A program made the position numbers and the translations under genes. A stretch of DNA of 64,000 bases from Selaginella moellendorffii (lineage: Eukaryota > Plantae > Lycopodiophyta): positions 2,372,494 through 2,436,493 of the forward strand of contig NW_003314268.1 of the NCBI RefSeq assembly GCF_000143415.4, read 5' to 3'. Below the pieces are notes generated by a model, which saw only the letters and a program-made list of their open reading frames with translations, was not told where the DNA came from and did no database searches. Below are positions 59,411 to 64,000 of this stretch, piece by piece (positions within the stretch are counted from its first letter, which is position 1; each line of letters opens with the position of its first letter).

Positions 59411-62326
59411 ATGAGGATCTGGGATGGAGCGTGGATTATGCTGAGCACCCTTGTCTTTGTCCTGGTGTCCAGCTTATACGGTGGATTTTGCCTCACGAGC
59501 GCGAATCAGGGTACGTTTGTTTGTGGATTTTTTGATTCAATGGTGTCGATGATCGCGTCTTGCCGCAGCATCGGCTCTGTCGGCCTTCAGGCAGAGCATA
59601 TCGAGCGATCCTCGGGGTGCTCTAAGCGGATGGAGCGCGGACCATGGTTCTTTGTGCCAGTGGCGAGGCGTGACTTGCTCATCCGATGGCCGGGTGATAA
59701 AATTGTAAGTGTTCTCGACAGGCTGGAGTTTCCAAGGACTAAGTGGTGTGTCTAACAGGGAACTGGTGAATTTGTCGCTTCAAGGGAAAATTTCCCCCGA
59801 GCTATCAAGGCTAGAGTTTCTGAAGAAAATGTGAGATTTTGATCTTTTAATTTGGACGATGACTGAGATAACGTTTCGTTTTTAGTGACTTGAGAGGAAA
59901 CGAGCTGTCTGAATCAATTCCGAAGGAGCTCTGGGTTCTGAAGAGACTGTTTCACTTGGATTTGAGCGGAAATAATCTATCTGGCACTATTCCTCCAAAC
60001 GTTGGCAATCTTGTGAACTTGCGTACGCTGTAAGTGATGTTCACTTCTTACTATTTGTTCTTGGCTCATTTTGGGGTTTGATCTGAAGGAATCTTGGGAA
60101 AAACCATTTTCAAGGAAGTCTGCCGACGCAATTTGGGAAGCTAGTCAGGCTAAGGCATTTGCGCCTGGACCATAATCACTTCACCGGATTCATTCCAGGA
60201 CGTGCTTTTTGTAACCTGAAAAGCCTTCAAACGCTTGATGTGTCGGAGAATTCTTTTGTTACTGAATGTTTTCCAAGGTAAGCATGTAAGCAAAAACTTG
60301 GTCTGTAACATCATTGTGGTTGTGCGTAGTGCTACTGTAGGGGACTGTCTACATTTGTCAGAACGTCTAATCAGCAAGCACATTTGTGGTAAGACTTACG
60401 AGCTTCACAGCTGATGGTCACACTTGCATAATGACATCGCAGAACGTCCTCATCGCTTTCTGCAAAGCAGGCTGAAGAACAACGCAACGAGAGTTAACGG
60501 TGTTCACAGCTCCCACGATCACCACGTCAAACTTCGTCATTATAGTCATCACCACAAAGGCTTCCAAACGTTGGCCGTGCTACTATCAGTATTTTCAGCT
60601 GTTGTGTTCGTCTTTCTTATGGTAGGTGTTTTTCTCTACAAACGGAAAACTGTAGCGGTCAGCCCATGGAAGGCTGGTATGAGTGGACATCTACAGAAGG
60701 TCTTTGTAACGGGTTAGTGGCGTTTGCAGTGTGATTTCTATCTAACACCGTCGTTTTCTTTGTTTACAGATGTCCCGTCTCTAACTTGGGCAGAGCTCCA
60801 GGCAGCATGCGAAGACTTCAGCAACATAATTGGGTCGTCTCCGGATACTGTTGTTTTCAAAGGAACACTTTCAAACGGAACAGAAGTGGCCGTCACGAGT
60901 ATTAGAATCTCAGCAGCAAGCTGGACAGCAAGCTCCGAAATATTTTTTCGTCGTAAGGTGCACCTGACATCTCGTCATCACTGTATATTGTACTAATGTC
61001 GTCATGTTTGCTTGCAGATCGAGGCACTTGCGCGTATGAAGCACACGCATTTGGTGAACTTGCTGGGATACTGTGCCGAGGAAGAACCTTTCGCACGGAT
61101 GCTTTTGTTTGAGTATGTTCCAAACGGAACTTTGTCCGAACATCTTCACAGTAAGCAAAGTTTTTCTATTGGTTTATTTCAGTAGCTAACGACACATATC
61201 CAGATGTGGACTCGGATCATCTGGATTGGACGACGCGAATGAGGATCGTGATGGGAGCGGCATACGGGCTGGAGTACATGCACCACGAACTTGTGCCGCC
61301 TGCTAGCCACTCAAACTTCGATTCTTTTGCAATTTATCTCACGGAGGACTACGCTGCAAAGGTACGAATTGTCTCTATTTCCTCTTTTGCGCTTGTCATG
61401 TAGTGATTCGTTCTTTCGATGCAGCTGGCCGACTTTGGAATCTCCAAGCTCGCTGTGATCAAAAGTGACCGAAGGAAATCTTTTAGCAACAGCATCGGAT
61501 ACGATGACTTCGAAGGCTCCGACCGCCACGCACCAGACTTCGAGAGCAACGTTTTAAGCTTTGGCATGTTCCTGCTGGAGGTAGTGACCGGACGGCTACC
61601 CTACTCCGAGAAGGAGGGCTCTCTCATGGAATGGGTAAGAAACTCTTTAATTCTCTCTCTCTCTCTCTCTCATGGAATGGGTAAGAAACTCTTTAATTTT
61701 CTCTCTCTCTCTCTCTCTCATGGAATGGGTAAGAAACTCTTTAATTCTCTCTTTCTCTCTCTCTCGATCTGGCATAGTTAGTTTTCTCTCCTCATTTTCT
61801 CTCTCGATCTAACGTTCTCTCTGAAATCATTTCTTTCTTTCTCTTCTTTTCTCTCGATCTAGCATAGTCTAGTTTTCTCTCTTCTCATTTTCTAGTTCTC
61901 TCCTTGCTATGAAGATCTAACCTCTTGATCTAGTAGTCTAGTTTTCTCTCTTCTTACTTTCTAGTTTCTCTCTTTCCTGGCTAGCCTCTCGATCTATCTT
62001 AGTTTAGTTTTCTCTCTTCATTTCTTAGTTTCTCGCTTCCTTGCTATGAAGATCTTCTAACCTCTTGCTTGCAGGCTCTAGAGTTCTTGAGTTCTCCTGA
62101 GACTCTCGGCTACATCGTGGATTCGTCGCTCAAATCCTTCGATCTAAAGCAGCTGCTGGTTGTCTGCGATGTGATCCGGCTGTGCATTCATCCCGACTCG
62201 AGCAAAAGGCCGACAATGAAGACGGTGGCGTCGATACTCTCCAAAGGATTAAACATCTCCCCCGAGGCGGCGCAACCAAAATGCTCACCACTCCTTTGGG
62301 CGGAGCTCGAAATTCTCTCCAACTAG
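59411..62326 (+). CDS. LRR receptor-like pseudokinase, LRR-VI-2 / MDIS-like
   Basis: Signal peptide, LRRs and a TM helix. PWKAGMSGHLQKVFVTDVPSL...ELQAACEDFSNIIGS is typical of the family. The catalytic loop reads HSNFDS with no HRD Asp. C-terminal PKCSPLLWAELEILS. Confidence 0.9.
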
Positions 62327-62591
62327 AGTCCTCTTCTAAGCTTTTCTCATTCTTCTTCTTTTTTGGTCAGCTGTGTATAAACTTCAGTGCGGTTATCCCT
62401 TAATCTTTCCCTTTATAGTGAAGACTTGCTTCCAAAGCTCCAAGATTAGGGTTTGTAGTGCTCTCTCTGGGTATGGCGCCGAGCAAGCTAAGGCACTGCC
62501 GGCGATAGGACGATTCGGTGCTTCCGGAGCTCGGCATTGTTCTTCTGCTGTCGATAATCGGCGCTTGCAAGAGCGAGGTGCATTCGCAGCG

Positions 62592-64000
62592 ATGACTGTG
62601 AGCGATCAGACCTCTGTCTATGTTGGCGGCTTGGCATACGATGTCACGGAGGACTTGATTCGCTCCACGTTCGAGGAGTTTGGAGAAATCGACAAAGTCA
62701 AGGTGGGTTTTTTCGATCGAGCTCCTCTCTCTTTCTCCGCTTCGAGCATTCTTTGGTTTTTCTTTTCTTGTCTCCTGCCTGTTCCGTTGCTTCTTAGCTT
62801 GTTTTTCACGGCGTTTGGAGGTTCTTTCTTTTCTCGCTTCATATGTTTATGGATGGAACGCAGTTGTGGCACTTATTTTGGAATTTTTTTCTCCCGGCGC
62901 CGTTTTTTTGTTCGAATTTCTATGCAACGAAGATATCTTTTCGATCGAACTTGCCAAGTCCTTCGAAAGTTTCAGGCTTTTATATTGGGCTTTTCGTACT
63001 GGGTTTTCTTTCCTTCCTTGAGTGTATCCATGGCACTTCTAGGCATTTTTGTTAGCAGAATCTGTTATGTTTTTGATTTACTAAGTCCCTCTGGTGAGTT
63101 GGCCGAGTTCTTTTCTGTTTATTTCTTTGCGTCTTTCTTTTCCAGATTATTCAAGACCACGATGGGCAGTCCCGGGGCTATGGATTTATCACTTTTGCCA
63201 CTTCGGAGGCTGCTAATGGTGCCATCTACGGAATGAATGGAAAGGTATCCGTATTTTATTTTATTTTTCTTGTTTCTGTGTGAAGTATATATTCCATGAT
63301 TCAGGTTGTTGCTGGACGGTCCATCAGAGTGAACGAAGTGAAGAACCGGGGTGGCCGTGACTCGTACTCGTACAGAGACAGGGATAGCCGGAGGGATAGA
63401 GAAGACAGGCGGGACAGATACGGGTGAGATTGATTTTCTTTTTTTTTCTTTTTCTGTTCTTTTCTTTTCTATGAAAAGTCTCTAATGGCGATTGTCATCG
63501 CAGGCGCTATTCTCCAAAGCGAAGACGTCGTGACCGCTCTCCTTATTATCGTAGATATCGGTCTCCGCGAGACGGTTGTTCTCGATGGCTGCATTTTAAG
63601 TTAGCTAACTTTTTTCGATTCAGATACAAGCCGGTCCGTGAGTCCGTCTCCAGTTTCAAGCTACGATCGGTAAGAAGCTGAATTCAATGGAGAAAATAAT
63701 TTAATCGGAAGTTCTATTTTGCTCTTTTCAGCTACGACAGCACCAAAGCTGAGAAAACAAAAACCTCCAAGGAACATAACGGCGATAATAGCAAGGTTAG
63801 CCGTGTTTTCATCCATGTCCATCGTACTCAGTTCTTGCACTCATAGCAGGTGAAAGAGGAGCTTGCAAAAGCTCTTGAATTGCAACGAGATCGGCGGGAA
63901 CAGGTGGGCGTGCATCCTCGGTGTTGAACAGCTGCAACCGTGCGTTTTCTTTCGTTTGTGTCAGGTGGCGACTTTGCAAAGCGACCTCAACCGTGCGAAC
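62592..64000 (+). CDS. RRM RNA-binding protein with RD/RS-rich region and coiled coil; runs off the window
   Basis: RNP2 VYVGGL, RNP1 RGYGFITF, MNGKVVAGRSIRVNEV, then RDRDSRRDRE. Confidence 0.85.

Overview
Plant nuclear DNA with very short introns (about 50-70 nt), tight gene packing and a long PLS-type PPR gene. This pattern suggests a lycophyte such as Selaginella (inference). Two gene-dense arms (1-20,050 and about 45,700-64,000) hold about 18 recognisable genes: a WSS1B-like PUB protein, SNX1, a PPR protein, GEM-like, GDPD, a mitochondrial carrier, UBP14, FKBP18, PLR-like, ASCC2, a REase/kinase-like gene, two TIC32-like SDRs, tAPX, an O-fucosyltransferase, an MDIS-like LRR-RLK, an RRM protein and two orphans. 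Between them lies an AT-rich transposon island with four nested retroelements: a decayed gypsy, then a ~0.7 kb TRIM (TSD AATAA), then a 15.7 kb chromovirus (TSD GTATT), then a 7.7 kb non-coding LARD-like element (TSD CGGTG). The chromovirus is the most unusual object. (1) Its gag-pol sits directly behind an internal, Cassandra-like 194-bp LTR that carries the 5S rRNA Pol III promoter core, with its own PPT and second PBS. (2) Its integrase is split by two ~50-nt intron-like inserts whose removal restores one continuous gag-to-chromodomain frame. (3) It shares a covarying multi-hairpin plus tRNA B-box module with the nested LARD.
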